Assembly (NCBI GenBank): GCA_026914245.1
Contig: CP110440.1
Location: 930,001 to 994,000 of the forward strand
Reading direction: 5' to 3'
DNA: 64,000 nt
From: Puccinia triticina
Lineage: Eukaryota
Part shown: piece by piece, positions 1 through 13,465 of the stretch
How positions within the stretch are numbered: the stretch's first letter is position 1
Layout: each line of letters begins with the position of its first letter
Program-made: the position numbers and the translations under genes
Notes under the pieces: model-generated
What the model was told of the DNA's origin: nothing
The model's database searches: none
Seen by the model: only the letters and a program-made list of their open reading frames with translations

Positions 1-300
1 TGTTCGCGGTTAAGCCATTCTGGAACGATATCTTGCTGAGTTTCTGCTTACGACTGCCTTCAAGCAATAATTGAATGCAAAAACCTAGCAGTTGAGTTGG
101 CCACATTGCTCGCGGCTAGGCCATTAATCATGTTGTTGAACAATATCTTGCTGAGTTTCTGCTTACGACTGCCTTTAAGTATAGCGCTAGGCCCAATAAT
201 TGACTCCTAAATCCTAGCAAATGAGTTGGCCGCGCGCGTCGTTTGTGGCTAGGCCATTATTCAAGCTCTGGAACAATATCTTGCTGATTTTCTGCTTGGA
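1..300. repeat. Degenerate tandem repeat (three copies of AAC(G/A)ATATCTTGCTGA(G/T)TTTCTGCTT), probably subterminal TE repeats
   Basis: Motif recurs at ~25, ~139 and ~272 with shared GCTAGGCC flanks. Confidence 0.6.
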
Positions 301-2003
301 GAAGGCCAAGCCGAATAGTCCAGACCAGATTGGGACACAACAGAAAGGGCATCTTCTCAAAGGGAGTCGCCTTGTGATGCTACCTTTGTTTTGAATTGAA
401 TTTGCACAAGAATTTCTTTAATAGAAATCAGTGTGTCCTTGGTTCTTGGTTGAATCCATTCACATACGCTTGCGGGAGCTATGAGTTTGCAAAGTAATTC
501 TGCCTTCGTTGACTAATGCAATCCCAGAAAACTATAGGTCCTGGTATTAAATGCCACCGTAAAAGAGTAAGTATTTGTTCACTGTTCCAGTCCGGGGAGT
601 AAATGACATGGTGTTTGTAAAAGAGTGAATGAATTTGCTTCTTTGTCAAAGAAATCATTGCCAAATCCTAATCCGCTTGTGGGAACTTGCGAGTTCATGG
701 AAGTACTGGAATAATAAATGACAATGTATTTTTAAAATAAACCACAAGCTAATCCTAATCATCAACTCGCGCGCACTTCACGGAAGTGATTGGTAAAGGA
801 TACAGGCTCCTCAATGTTTGTTGAGCTTTTTTAAAATACCATCTCCAGGAAGTGAGCAATGTCATTTTTTTAATATTCAGTGTATGGCTATCCCACTTCC
901 TGGAACTTGATTGTTTGAGGAAGTGTGTGCACAAGGATCACTTAAAATCATTGCAGGAAGGAAGTGAAATAAGGAGGCAAGAAAGATGGAACTATAACAC
1001 TCATTCTACGCACAGGAGACCAGTCTGAAAAATTAACAGATAATAATCAAAAATAATACATTCAAATGATGATCATCATACAATTCAAAGTAGTTTATAG
1101 TTATCCTACATTGGACGCCTGAGTGAGGTTTTCAAGTAGATTCACTTCAATCTGTAGAGCTGCAATCATGTCAAACTGGTCATCCTCATTGTCTGTCTCA
1201 CCTTCGGCATCAGAATCATCCTCCGGGTTACGTTCAGCACCATCATTACGATTAAGATTCTCGGCCTCAATGTGCAAATCTGTTTCCTCAATGAAGTGGG
1301 ACAGAAGCCCATTGTGAATGTCGCCAGGTATGGATGAGAGAAATCCAAATCGCAGGGACCCAGTAATCTTGGAAATTTGCTGCTCCCAAAGCACATCATC
1401 ATCTCTCTGTGGTGCAGTTCTCTGGAGAACCGAGACAATTGCCTCATCCCAGTCAACTTGAAGCTTGCTGACTGCAATCAAATTGCTGTGCGCCAGGACC
1501 TTTGCTGATTTGATTTTGTCGGATTGGTTATTGTGTGAGGAGAGAAACGGGTGAGAAAGCATTGGTTGGAGGGCCGCCGGAATTTCCAAATGTTCCGTTA
1601 CGTGACAAAGCTGTCCTAAATAAAACCACACTTGCTTGTGTCGATTGATAGCCCAGCGCATGGCCCGCCTGGCTTCCCATCCCAGGTGACTTTTCTCCTC
1701 ACAAGCACGTTTAAATCGGGATAATAGGCGAATCCCACGTTGAGTGTTGATATCAATGGCCCATGGATCATTAACACTACTAAATAAACCGTTGTTCCAG
1801 AAAGGATCGTCTGGTGTTAGGCAAAGCAGGTTGGTGTATTCAATGAGGGGTGGTGGATGTCGTAATGGGCATGCTGTGATGAATGCTCGAGCTCTCTTGT
1901 TGTAGGATTCCAAACATGCACAGATCTGGTCTGCCCGCTTGCGTACGGCAATGACCAGCTTTTGATTCCCTCTGGTGCCTATAGGAGAGGTAATCAGTAT
2001 CCA

Positions 2004-2331
2004 TGTAAGCCCCCATCCCTGGAGTCTTACAAGAACCTTTCACAAGAGTTGTCACAGTATTACATAAGCTAAACAAGTACTTAGTCTCCTCCTGCTCTTT
2101 CCCTAGTCCGGCAGAGAGCTTCACTCTCTCCCGGCTAGGTAAGCTACTTTCCATTCTTCTCATTCTCTTATTTTTTCTAGTTATACTTACCATAGAGAGA
2201 GCTTCACTCTCTCCCGGCTAGATACCTGCAATACAGCCCCTACGTTGGTACTAGACGGTTTCTTAGGCTTTTGCCTTGTCTTTTGTGCCCCTCGACGACG
2301 ACCAGTGAAGGACTCAAACGGAGTCCTTACA
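2004..2331. mobile_element. Solo LTR (328 bp) in a KDZ intron
   Basis: TGTAAG...CTTACA termini, exact 5-bp TSD ATCCA at 1999-2003 and 2332-2336. Confidence 0.85.
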
Positions 2332-2695
2332 ATCCAGGGGAACACATAGAAACATGTCAAAGCTTACCTAGAGTTGTACTTTCACCATTCCGACACACTC
2401 GGAATAATGGTTGTTTCTCCTCGACTAATCCCAAGAAATGCTGCCGCAACTCTGATTTTGAGTGCCAAACCTTCCAAAGTAAGTTGCTTTGATCTCCTGT
2501 ATAATTTTTGTTGCAATGTGTCAGCTAAAAAAGGGTCACCATCCGGTCAGACTCAATCAGTAACTCAACTGGTCAGGTTATCTATTATCTGATTGGCCCC
2601 AACTACAACCCAATGTCTGGCAATCTGATCTGCTATGTCACCACAGCTATTGGCCCTTGCAATGGCCTGCGCAATGGTGTGTGTAGTGCGCCCCC

Positions 2696-3614
2696 TGTGA
2701 GTGAGTGAGCTGGGAAAGTCAGTAAAAGACGTTGTGGTAGACGGAAAAGTGGAAAAATAGAAAGTTTTTTCTATGCCACATAATTACTCATACTAGGCCT
2801 CAAGATACCATCAAATGGACCCCAGAAATGGATTCTACGGCCAATTTTACCCCTAGACACCACTGGAAGCGTCACTGGAGCCCCTCTGGAATGGAACCTA
2901 CACGCCCTTGGACAATGGACACCCATCACACGTTCAGCATACCCAGTCACCAGCCTGTTGCAAGTCTCAAGTCAAGGATCACAGTATTATGCTTATACAC
3001 ATCACAGGATACAAGCATACATCTCCTCATCAGACTATAGTCATCACATAGTATCAAGTACTCTTCTATTTCCATATTATGATGTCATCCCGCACTGATC
3101 CTGCAGTTCAGGCGTCATTTATGCACCCCCTGCATCCACCTGTCAACTAATGCAGCCAACTGTCACTTTACGCAGCCTTCATGCAGCCCTACTGCATGCT
3201 TATGACATCATTTATGTACCCCTGACACATTATGACATCATTTGTATCTACTCCCACCAGCTAAAATCCCTCACACTGTTGTCCAGATCAGCTGAAACCC
3301 TAACCCACAAGCCCTGTGGGGCTCCACTTCTGTCTATATAAGGAGCTCTCTCCTCCCCAGTTGTCAGCTCCTCAGTTCATCACTCACCAATCACAGTCAC
3401 CCCCAATATTCACCCTTACCAATTATAACCAACCCTTATATAAATCATCAGCTCTATACCTTGTCAATCAAACAACTCATCTTGAGCCAACCTACCCTAT
3501 CACTTGAATAAAACTTGCCAAGCATAGCTTGGTGGGTCTTGTTGACTGACAGCATAGAAGGGCAGAGTTTGCACCTCCATCATCCCCTTCTCCATTCAGC
3601 AAAAGGGTTTCACA
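2696..3614 (+). mobile_element. Solo LTR-like element in a KDZ intron
   Basis: TGTGA...TCACA termini, TATA-like CTATATAAGG (~3334), AATAAA (~3508); 3' part is homologous to the reverse complement of ~55960-56100; no TSD seen. Confidence 0.7.
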
Positions 3615-5910
3615 ATCACTTTTGAGTCTTACAACGTATGAAAGAAACACATGAAAACTTCAGAAAAGAAACACACCAAGCTTCATCAAGGTCGTCCTGT
3701 AAACAAAGCAATTCGCCTAGTTTCTTTCGTTGATCCTCCCTTCTTTGATTGAAATTTGCATGGAAACTTTTCTTGAGTGTCCACTGCTCCTCAAGAAATG
3801 AACTGGTATACACAACCCCAGGTGTTGCAGGATTAAGTGTAGAGTAGAGAAGTTGGAGCGCGTCTGAAGCCAGTTGGAGTGTTTCTTCGGCATTGTTGAG
3901 CTTTCTAATTAGCCAATCGCCGGTTGTGCCCATCAGAAGCTCCAGAAAATAATCTGCTAAAGATTGAAGTGAGAGCAGTCGGTGCAAGCGAGTCGAGACA
4001 CGGAGATATGACACAAGAGGCGACATATACAACCAGAACCGTTTGAGCCCCTCACCATCAGTTAAACCCCACATCTCATTGAAGCAAGGGTTGTACTTCA
4101 CCTGACATGCCCACTCATGCGCATAGGCATGGAAGACAGATGTAGCAAATTTTACATCACTTAGTAAATCACTGAGTAGGCCTCGCTACATTCTGTATGT
4201 TAGTATGATTATTACAAAATTGGTATACAGATGCCACTGCTAAGGCTCACCTTTATGATTTGGGCCTCAAGGTGAAAGCCAATATCGCAGAGGACACCAA
4301 CCTTGGAATCTGGAAAATCTGCTAGGATGTTTTGTATTATTGAAATGGGATAATACAACCTGTTACCAACAGAGTGCCACATCAGAATTATTATGCAAAA
4401 TACTGAATTGAAAATCAATATGAAAACAGCTTACTTCTCACCAGTCTTGTAAATATTTATCATGAGAAGTGGTACATCATGGCGGCATGTACTTGCAAAT
4501 AGGCCATTATTGTCACACTTTTCCCAAGTTGAGCCATTTCTTGTGTCGTCAGCTGCCTTGTGCTGATCTGAGCATGGCGGCTAAGAAGTATGAAGGAAAA
4601 ATGGAAAAGATCACTCAAGTCAGTGAGATAGTAGTCAAAGAGTAACATACTAACATACATTGATTCCTACTGCCACATGTTCTGATGCACTCAAAGCCTC
4701 CATGTTGTTCGCAATCTTTGAAGGAAGGATTAAAGCTCTCTGGGTATTGCTCCTCACGTGGATTGTCTTTGCTGGCATCAGCATAGTGTTGTTGCTGAAA
4801 GTTTCTGTCCAGTGCTATCATAAAATCAGGCTCAGTCGGATCAGATTTAATCTTGTGGTGTTGGGGTCCAAAGCATCGTGGGCATTTGTTGGCCCACTTG
4901 TCTGATTTTGTCAGTTGTAATCCATCTTCAAAAAAAAAAAATTGGCCAGTCAGGATGCGGGAGTAGAGGTCACTGCAGTGTGAGAAGGGGACACGGAGCT
5001 GACAACGCTTATGAGTACTTCCACGGTTGAGCAAAGGAGTATCTGTACAAGTGTCAAGGAAAGAGCTCAGGGATTCAAGGAACCCTGACGCAGATACCGC
5101 GGTTGCTTGCCATAAGTGATGGTGGTACTGAACTAGTTGTATTGAAAAGGCTGTGCAAGGTGCTTCTGCCAAACATGCAAAATAGCCGTAGTGAATTAAT
5201 CGAACAACATCCGGTGTGCACTTGCAAAAAGGTATAGGCTTCCCTGGATGACGGTCTGATTATAGAAAATCAGCCATGATGATGTTTCAATTGGAATAAT
5301 GAGAGTAAAGTTGCTTACGGAGCATATCAATTAAATCCACTTTCCGTATTGAAATTTTGTTGGACGGACATGTACATACGCCTGGCGGTAGGGTGTAATC
5401 ATTTGGTGGGGTGGTCCAGTTGAGAGTGGTTTGTTGACACAGTAGGCATGCAGCAACAACTTGATTATTGAGCTTGTTCCATTTTTGACTCATCTCCTCT
5501 CTTCTGTCAGCATAGCGTCAAAGGCAATAGTATTCTGAATGCTCTTCAAGTCTGCTGTCATTGCGCTCGGGATTGGAATCATTTGAGTTTACAGGAAGGG
5601 GATCAAACGGGTTGGCAGCATTGTCATGTCTTTGGTGATCTTCTTCATCGGAGGGATCATCGGTTTCGTCAGATTCTTCATTCAATTCTTGCAGAAAACT
5701 ATTTGCCGGCCCCCCCAGCCCGCGTCGTTGAGAAAGTCGTAGAACTGCTGCTCTGCGTGCTTCAGCGGCAGCCTGTTGTGCCTCGGCGAGCCTGGAGATC
5801 CGACGCCTAGATGAGCCAGTGGAAATGGTTTGCCTCCGGGTGTTTGTTTGAGAAGACGTTTGTGAGTTCGATTGACCGCGGGATGGGGCCTGTGAGTTGG
5901 ATCGGCGGGG

Positions 5911-6079
5911 CATTTATGGTATTCAAAATTGCATAAGATTTTTTTACATAAAATCATAAACTGCAATTTTGGCTGGGAGATGTCACTTTAATTTTTATGC
6001 ACGCTGACATCTCCCAGCCAAAATGGGCTTTATGATTTTATGTAAACAGTGGCATATGCAATTTTGAATACCATAATTG
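5911..6079. mobile_element. Near-perfect palindromic MITE (~170 bp) at the 5' end of the KDZ ORF
   Basis: TTATGGTATTCAAAATTGCATA ... TATGCAATTTTGAATACCATAA and inner TTTTGGCTGGGAGATGTCA / TGACATCTCCCAGCCAAAA arms. Confidence 0.75.
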
Positions 6080-6612
6080 AGCAGGTGATATTGAAGATTA
6101 AGCGAATGGAGATGGGAGTGAGAGGAGTTGAAAAGGAAACCGACTCCGAGTCTATTATTTAGACACCCTTATAATTGAGACACCCTTACAATGTGTACAT
6201 AAGGGTCATAAAAGGGACCCTTATGTTTATCGTTATGCATAGTCACCTTGTAGTGACAGCACAACAGCTAGCTGCCCGACGTGGGTTCCGCAATGCTGCG
6301 AGGCCCGCTGGGGCCACGCAGCGATGGAAGGCAATCAAACATTGGTCGCGAGCTCGGGACCTGCTTAGTCATACGCCTGTGAGAGGGCGGGCGAGGGGCA
6401 GCGAGGGGCAGCTCTAGAGACCTCCCGTAGCCTGCATAATTCATGTAAGCAGGCTACTGAGTAGCTCGTTTCCAGTCTCCAGGGGTGAGAATATTACGTG
6501 TGCCAGAAACAGATTGTTTCAGAATATCACAGACAAGCTATTTGATAACCAGGGCAAGATCTCACGAGACACTAAGTTTCATAGATGGGATTTAAGAGTA
6601 TTTTAATGATTA

Positions 6613-6986
6613 CAGTAGTTCCGAGAAAGCTTGCGCTTCTGGACCTGCGATTTTGCCCCCCGAACTCGACTTCAGCCACCTGTATTGCCTCCTGTATGGC
6701 CGTTGCCATACAGGAACATGCATTCGTTGCAAAAGCTATCTTTGTGATAGCTAGCTTTTAGCTTTTGAGAGTGGCACCGTTGGACTCCTTGTCAAATTTC
6801 GAGTCCAGCGGTCCTCCGCTCCCCTGTGCCCGTGGGGCATGACCGGGCACCAGGCTGCCCAGTCAGGCCCCACAGCCCTGTACAACCCGGGCTGTCCAGA
6901 ATACAGGGGGGATGTGGCTGAAGTTGAAGTCGAGTTCGGGGGGCAGAATCGCAGGTCCGGAAACGCAAGCTTTCTCGGAACTGCTG
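6613..6986. mobile_element. Tc1/mariner-type MITE
   Basis: ~60-bp TIRs CAGTAGTTCCGAGAAAGCTTGCG... / ...CGCAAGCTTTCTCGGAACTGCTG, TA on both flanks. Confidence 0.85.
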
Positions 6987-7579
6987 TATGTTCCGAAAGT
7001 TTGATGAAAAGGAAGAAAAAAAAATATTGCAATAGAGAGAAAACAACCCGTTGCGTGCATAGTGAAGGTCCTTTTATGGACGATAGGCCTTACAACTAGA
7101 AAGCAAAATACACATTGGATAATTTAAAGAGAAACCAGCAATACAATCTTGATCCTAGGGATTAAGCTTCTATTGTAGGTCTGTTCTTGATTGTAACTAA
7201 GTATGTATCCTGTTTTGGAAAATCTAAATCTTATTAGCTTATTTTGTTGTCAGCAGTCTTAGACCTTGATCATTACCTCCCGAGGAAATAACTATGTAAC
7301 AAATCTTACGTATATCCGATCTTTGAATCCTGCCATTGCTGTACATAAGAGTGAGATGCACGCAGCACAAGATTGTTTCATTATGTATTGAACTTCAGAA
7401 GTCAAAAATTGCCCACTGTACATGATGTATGTAATACCCTCTTTTTGTGTGCATCTTATTTTAATCTTCACTGCTACTCAGTTTGCTTGTGGACATTGGA
7501 TTTGGCCCTACTGGTAATTGTTGTGTAGATTAGCTTAAAAATACTACACTAAACTAAACTAACAACTAAAATTAGTGTA

Positions 7580-9260
7580 GCGGCCCACCGTTGGCCCAAT
7601 CAATGCGCCAGGCCGACCATGCTTACCAGCACACTGGTGCGGTCGACCCGTCCTTCCCGTCGGGAAGGGCATATTGGCTTCAGTTTAGCCCAGTCAGACA
7701 GGTCAGTCTGACCCCCTCGGAAGGCCAACGTCAGCCTGGGTTGGCCCAACCATAATGCAACGTGGGGGCAAAACAGACGTCGGAGCTGTTCTACAAGTGG
7801 AGCCGTACACCACGGCTTGAATCTGAAACTTCAAGTTCTGTTGGCATGCCCGCGGGGTCAAAATGCAGTCTGGTTTGACCTGCCTGCCACAAATTTGACT
7901 GCGGAGGCAGGTCAACGCCAGGGATGGGTCAGACCTACGTTGGTTTGACCCATCCAACCCAGCTGTCATGCCAACATCGCCGGTGCATTGCGCCAGTATG
8001 ACAGCCGGGTCAGATAAACGACATGGCTTACCCAGCCAAAAATTTTTGGACCTGCTAGGCAGGCCGACAGTATTGATGGGTTGGTCAAACGTGATTGGCT
8101 CGTTGGCTTGACTCTGAGTCAAACACTAGTCCAACACGGCAGACCAGTCGCCGATGGCTTGCCAGCAGCAGCAAGCCAACAGCGTCGGGTGGTTGAGCCT
8201 GCATCAGACCCCGGCAGGATCACCGTCATCAGTGATCTGTCAGGTTTGACCGCCAGGTCCTCGTGGAATGGGTCTGGCCCATCCAACCCAAATGTCATGC
8301 CAACACCGCCAACACATTGTGTCGGCATGAAAGCCTGGTCAATTCAGCGGCATGGCTTGCCCAGCCAACCAGTTTTGGCCCTGGCCAGCAGGCCAACAAA
8401 GTCAATGGGTCAGACATGCCAACAAGATCCTGTTGGCTTGACCAACCATCAAGCCCGAGTCCAACCGGACTACACCACGGGTGAAGTTCTTCGAAATGAT
8501 TTCGGTTGGTGACCAAAATCATTTCAACGTGTCTGCCTGCAAGGGGGGACCATCGTCAGACTGTCGGTGTTTCCACTGGAATCTTCCTGGAATTCTACTG
8601 GAGGGCAATCCAAAAATACCACGGATTGCCAACGCCGTTCCGAATTTCTTTCAAAAGTTTTTCGGAATGGTTCCGGGCTGTGGCGGGGTGTTATTGGCTC
8701 AAAATTGGGACCAAACAAATCACCCAGCCAAAAGGGAGGATTGAACCAGCAACATGTTGCTGATCCACCTCCACAGGAGCCCCTTGACCACTATGCTAGA
8801 CAAGCCATGCAGGGCAAAGTGTGATTTGTGTTTATGAGCCTGCATCTGCAAGGCTTGATCACTCATATACAGAATTTTTCCAGCAAAAATACCGGAAAAA
8901 TACCGGAAACAGATCCCAGTCTGTATTTCCTGGAATGAAGTCAAAACTTTTTTGACTTTGTTCCGATGCAAACCTTTTGTTTGGGTTTGGATTTAACCCG
9001 AATTGCATTTGGAATGATTCCGGTCCTTTGACCATACCGGAAGCATTCCCATTGGTTTTTGGTCCTTCGACCATACCGGAATGATTCCGAGTGGTTTTTG
9101 GTTTTTTGTACCATCCAGTAAATTTACTGGATGGAAAGTTTAAAACCTCACCCGTGGTGTAATCAGCTTACAAAGGTATTACCAACTAAGTAAGCCAACA
9201 CCCTCAGTTGGTCGGACCCGCGGCAAGCATAGGTCATCAGTTGAGTCATTAAAGTTTTTT
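7580..9260. repeat. GC-rich non-coding TE relic with many CCAAC/GTTGG/GACC short repeats (hosts the 8473-9159 MITE)
   Basis: Repeat texture similar to 51581-51930; ends not resolved. Confidence 0.45.
8473..9159. mobile_element. CAC-terminated MITE with TA TSD
   Basis: CACCACGGGTGAAGTT ... AAACCTCACCCGTGGTG, TA flanks, subterminal GGAA/TTCC repeats. Confidence 0.85.
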
Positions 9261-10023
9261 TTTTTTTTGACCAAGTGTCCTATACCTCTTTCACTGTATG
9301 AAAGAGGTTCTAGGAGTTCCTTTTTTCAAAAAAAAAATGTCAAAAAAAAAGAAATTGTAGTCGGCGAAGATGCTGGACAATTGAATTAAATAGGGATTAC
9401 ATTTGTGCAGTTGCTGCCAGTTGTGTCATCCAAGGAATCAATGATTTGTGTTGCTGGCCTGCCAGTTGTGTCATCCAAGGAATCAATGGTGCAGTGGTCA
9501 AAGGTGGCCTGCCTGACGGTCCATGGTACCCTCTGGGCTGGTCGTTGGACGTTCGAGCCCAAGCGATCCTTCCATCTGCAGTTCACTGCGGAGGTCTCGG
9601 GCGGTCTTCATTGCGTGGGCTCTACGCAGACGGGCAGGCAGGCTGATGCACTCTGATGCACTGGCCTTGCGCACGAACTTGACACAAGTCCCCTGCTGCG
9701 GGGGGCACCAGCCAGCGAAGCGTGGCTATTGCGCCCTAGGTCGGCAAACCCGCGTGATGAGTTTCCCAGCTTTAACCTAGTGATTTTATAATGATCCCAC
9801 TTTCTTAAATCCACAGAATTCTAGACTTCTGGATCTAAGTTTTGGGGTATTTTATATACAAATTTACAACAAAAAATAGCTCACACAACAAATAAAGACA
9901 GGTACAAGTTGAAATCCCCAAAGGCCCGAAGGCCCTATGGATGACCCTCCAGCTGTGCCGCAGCAACGAGCAAAAGTGGGCCGGTTGTTAGAGTAGTCCA
10001 GGAAGGCCCTGATCAAGTGATTA

Positions 10024-12024
10024 CACGCCGGGGGTACTTCCTTGCGAGCAGGTTCGTGGATCCGACAAGGAGCTTTTGATCCGTGAAACCGACGAGGATC
10101 AGCTCGGTAAGTGCTCGGTAAGCTCGTCGGTTCCACAGAACATCATTTTCGCCGTGGAACCGACGGGTTTGTCACTTTTCCCCATCGGTTCCACGAAGCA
10201 CGCTCCTGTAACTCGTGGAGACCACGTTGGCTTGTTGCTCACGTCGGTTCCACCACCACAACCTTTTTCTTTCACTTCCAACCAGGACTAGCTCAGGCTG
10301 GTCCTGAAGTGTTGAAAATTCGAGAAATTAAGTAATTGAAAGGAAGAAAAAAAAAAAGTTGAAAAAAAACTTTGAGGGAAAATCGACTCGCAAACGGGTT
10401 CCTGAGTGGGTTAAATATTTGGAAACAAGGGGTGTTTTCCAATCTGGAATAGCGTACACCACCTGCAAATGGGTGTGGTTTTCTCCGCAGCCACACCCAG
10501 TGGTTTTCCTGCGGAACTCGCGCGGCCCCCCGAAAAATCGTGCGGCCCCCGGACCCCCTAGCTGCATATCATTTGGGGTGCTTAGGGGCGGACCGGTCAT
10601 CAAATACACCTCGATGACCGGAGCCGGCCGGTCATTGAGGTGTACAGGTGCCTTGATGACCAGAGCCAACCGGTCATCTAGGCATACATCTCGATGACCG
10701 GCCAGCTGAATGGTCATTGAGGTTGTATAAAGGTACCTCAATGACCATCTGAACGGTCATTGAGGTACACATGAACCTCGATGACCGGCCAGCTGGCTGG
10801 TAATTGAGGTAGAGCCGACTGGTCATCAAGGCATAAACCTTGATGACCGGAGCCGGCCGGTCATCTGTATACCTCAATGACCATCTCAATAGAACAATCA
10901 TCAAGGTGTATGCCTTGATGACCGGTCGGCTCCGGTCATCCGGTCATCAAGGAAGGACCTCGATGAACAGAGCCGGCTGGTCATCTGTATACCACACCTC
11001 AATGACTGTTCTCATCAATTGAGACGGTCATTGAGTTGTATGCGTTGATGAACGGTCGGCTCCAGTCATCAAGGTACCTATGTACCTCAATGACCAGCCA
11101 GCTGGCCGGTCATCGAGGTGTATGCATACGTTGATGACCGTTCAGATGGTCATTGAGGTATACATACACCTCAGCCGGCTCCGGTAATCAAGGTACCTGT
11201 ACACCTCAATGACCGGCCGGCTCCGGTCATTGAGGTCCTTGATGACCAGAGCCGACCGGTCATCAAGGCATACACCTCAATGACCGTTCAATTGAGATGG
11301 TCATTGAGGTATACAGATGACCGGCCTGCTCCGGTCATCGAGGTTTATGCCTTGATGATCGGTCGGCTCAATGACCAGCCGGCTGGCCGGTCATTGAGGT
11401 TTATGTGTACCTCAATGACCGTTCAGAAGGTCATTGAGGTACCTTTATACAACCTCAATGACCATACAGCTGGCCGGTCATCGAGATGTATGCCTAGATG
11501 ACCGTTCGGCTGCGGTCACGGTCATCAAGGCACCTGTACACCTCAATGACCGGCTGGCTCCGGTCATTGAGGTGTTGCCTTGATGACCGGTCCGCCCCTA
11601 AGCACCCCGAATGATATGCAGCTAGGGGGTCTGGGGGCCGCACAAGTTTTCGGGGGGTCGCGCGAGTTCCGCAGGAAAACCACTGGGTGTGGCTGCGGAG
11701 AAAACCACACCCACTTGCGGGTGGTGGTAGCTGCTAAGCAACGCTGGTGGGTGTGCCCTGCCATGCAGTTTGGGTTTGAACCTCAACAGCATCATTTTGT
11801 TGGGCAGGCCTTTTTTCACCAGCCCGGTACCCTGCTCCACGTGGCTTTCACGGCGGGCGGAATCGGTATCCTCGGATGATCATCACGAGGAGCCCCCGTG
11901 ATCCACTTGGTGGAGAACACGTGAACGTGTGGACCAGCAGCCGCTGGTCCAACCTCGCGCAGGGGCACTACGGGGAATCCACAAGGATTCCTCGAGATAT
12001 CCTCGTGGAAGGACTCCCCGGGTG
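10024..12024. mobile_element. Non-autonomous CAC-terminated TIR element, TA TSD
   Basis: CACGCCGGGGGTACTTCC ... GGAAGGACTCCCCGGGTG, TA duplicated relative to the uninterrupted paralog at ~40089. Confidence 0.8.
10457..11726. mobile_element. Foldback-like CAC-terminated element (1.27 kb, almost wholly palindromic), 3-bp TSD GTA
   Basis: ~145-bp TIRs CACCACCTGCAAATGGGTGTGG...; inner GATGACC/GGTCATC arrays also mirror each other; GTA at 10454-10456 and 11727-11729. Confidence 0.88.
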
Positions 12025-12439
12025 TAGTGGGCTCCCAGGGAGGGGGTAGGACGAAACCTGAGCCCCTGGGGGGACAAGCTCATGGGTGATACCCTCTTTA
12101 AATAAGCAAACACTTGTCCGCCACCACCACCGGCTTCCCCCCTGACCATCAATTGTAACCCTTGCCACGCTAGGCCAGTCTACCTCGCCATGCACGCCTC
12201 CGACTTCCCAGGCGAAACCACTACGGTCACTGCAAGCTCTCCGACGCTTGCGATTCACCACAACTAACACCCTGGCCGTTGATTTCTTAGTGAGGCTCCT
12301 TCCATCCCGACCAATGCAAATCGCTGGACGTTGTCGACGAACACGGCCGAGGTGCATCCGTTTTTTTGCCAGCCAGGCGGGTCAAAAAAGAAGTGGATGA
12401 ATTGGAAGAAGAAGACAAGGAAGATTGGCCGGAGTATGT

Positions 12440-13115
12440 GGAAGGTGTGTCCTCTGTTGTCCTACTTCATCCAGACCCATGCCCCCAACTCACCCGTCTT
12501 GCCCATCCAAGCCCATCCAAGCAACCCGCATCTGCTCATCACGAGCTCCTACGACTGCACGATCCAGGAGTTGAATTTCGAGCGTTAACAGAGCATGGAG
12601 ATCGTCGATTGCCAGGCCCTCTCTCCTGCCGACGCCATCCTCTTCTCCGCCTTTGACTGCGCAAACCACGGCCGCGATCTTTGGGTCTCCGACACCGCCG
12701 GCGGGCTCGTCCATCGCGACCTCCGCCAACCCAAGTCTTCCGCCCCTGTCGTTGGACGGCCTCTAAGAAGAAAATCGGCTGCCTCAGTATCTGTCCCAAC
12801 TCTGGATACAGACTGGCAGTGACTGCCGGACTGAGCCAAGAGATACAGTTGGTTCTTTTTATGCCTGCTCTCTTCTACCTAAACCCCGAGTTGCGCTAGC
12901 AGATTGTTAAACCTCCAGTACGGTTTTTGTTATTACTGATAGTTCTTCGGTCTTACGGGCCCTATTGGGTCTCCTGCCAAGCAGCGAGATCGGCGATGTA
13001 GAGCAGGAGAGCTGTCTGGCGAGTCACGCGCCGGGACTGGCTTGTTCCTCGGCGTACTGCAGTCCGACAGGGGACAAGATCCTGAGCACGAGTTACGATG
13101 ACCTGGTGCGCGTGG
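12440..13115 (+). pseudogene. CMR1: Fragment of a WD40 DNA-damage-binding protein (CMR1/WDR76-like)
   Basis: LITSSYDCTI, LWVSDTAGGLVHRDLR, KKIGCLSICP, GLACSSAYCSPTGDKILSTSYDDLVRV; stop, frameshifts, no N- or C-terminus. Confidence 0.7.
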
Positions 13116-13179
13116 GAGGTGACCAACAGAAAATCAAGACATGTTATATTCCATTGACCACGCTATCAAGCACTCAAAA

Positions 13180-13465
13180 AAAAACAGAAATGGAGCTCAT
13201 TAGAGATCTTGGTAAAAGTGTGAGATGCGTGATCAATAATCAACTCGGCGAACTCATCAGCCTGATCAATCGAGCTGCTCCCCTACCAGCTACCCAATTC
13301 AACCGCTTGACCCAACGACCAATGATCAACCTTGCTTCGTCAGCACTACCGATCATGAAGCTCTTGAATTTGTTTTTCAAGAGACCATAAAAACAAGCCA
13401 TCATGCATTGCCGAAGGCTACCATCATTTACCAAGATGAATAGCAAGATCTTGGATCCTTTTGCA
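13180..13465 (+). pseudogene. Fragment of an uncharacterised rust-type protein family
   Basis: MINLASSALPIMKLLNLFFK..RLPSFTKMNS resembles a motif of expanded rust hypothetical proteins (from recall); broken by a stop. Confidence 0.4.

Larger units (their letters stand above)
1101..5913 (-). pseudogene. CxC1-KDZ (Kyakuja-Dileera-Zisupton) transposase, multi-exon, degenerate, two LTR insertions in introns
   Basis: CxC1-like segments (CTC..., AFSIQLVQYHHHLW, CPRCFG), IALDRNF (DGNF-like), VLCDIG (YDIGC-like), FATSVFHAYAHEWACQVKYNP, GLTDGEGLKRFW, EEKQPLFRVCRNGESTTLG, C-terminal DPFWNNGLF..DPWA; stops and frameshifts present. Confidence 0.9.
9787..12110 (+). mobile_element. Dispersed repeat (probable LTR 5' part) split by the 10024-12024 insertion
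   Basis: Homologous to 39882-40175 and 62685-62965; the empty site CAAGTGATTAGTGGGCTCC is visible at ~40089. Confidence 0.7.

Noticed and set aside
7703..12357. Many overlapping 60-140 aa ORFs
   Set aside because: They lie in GC-rich TE repeats, occur on both strands and carry no recognisable motifs
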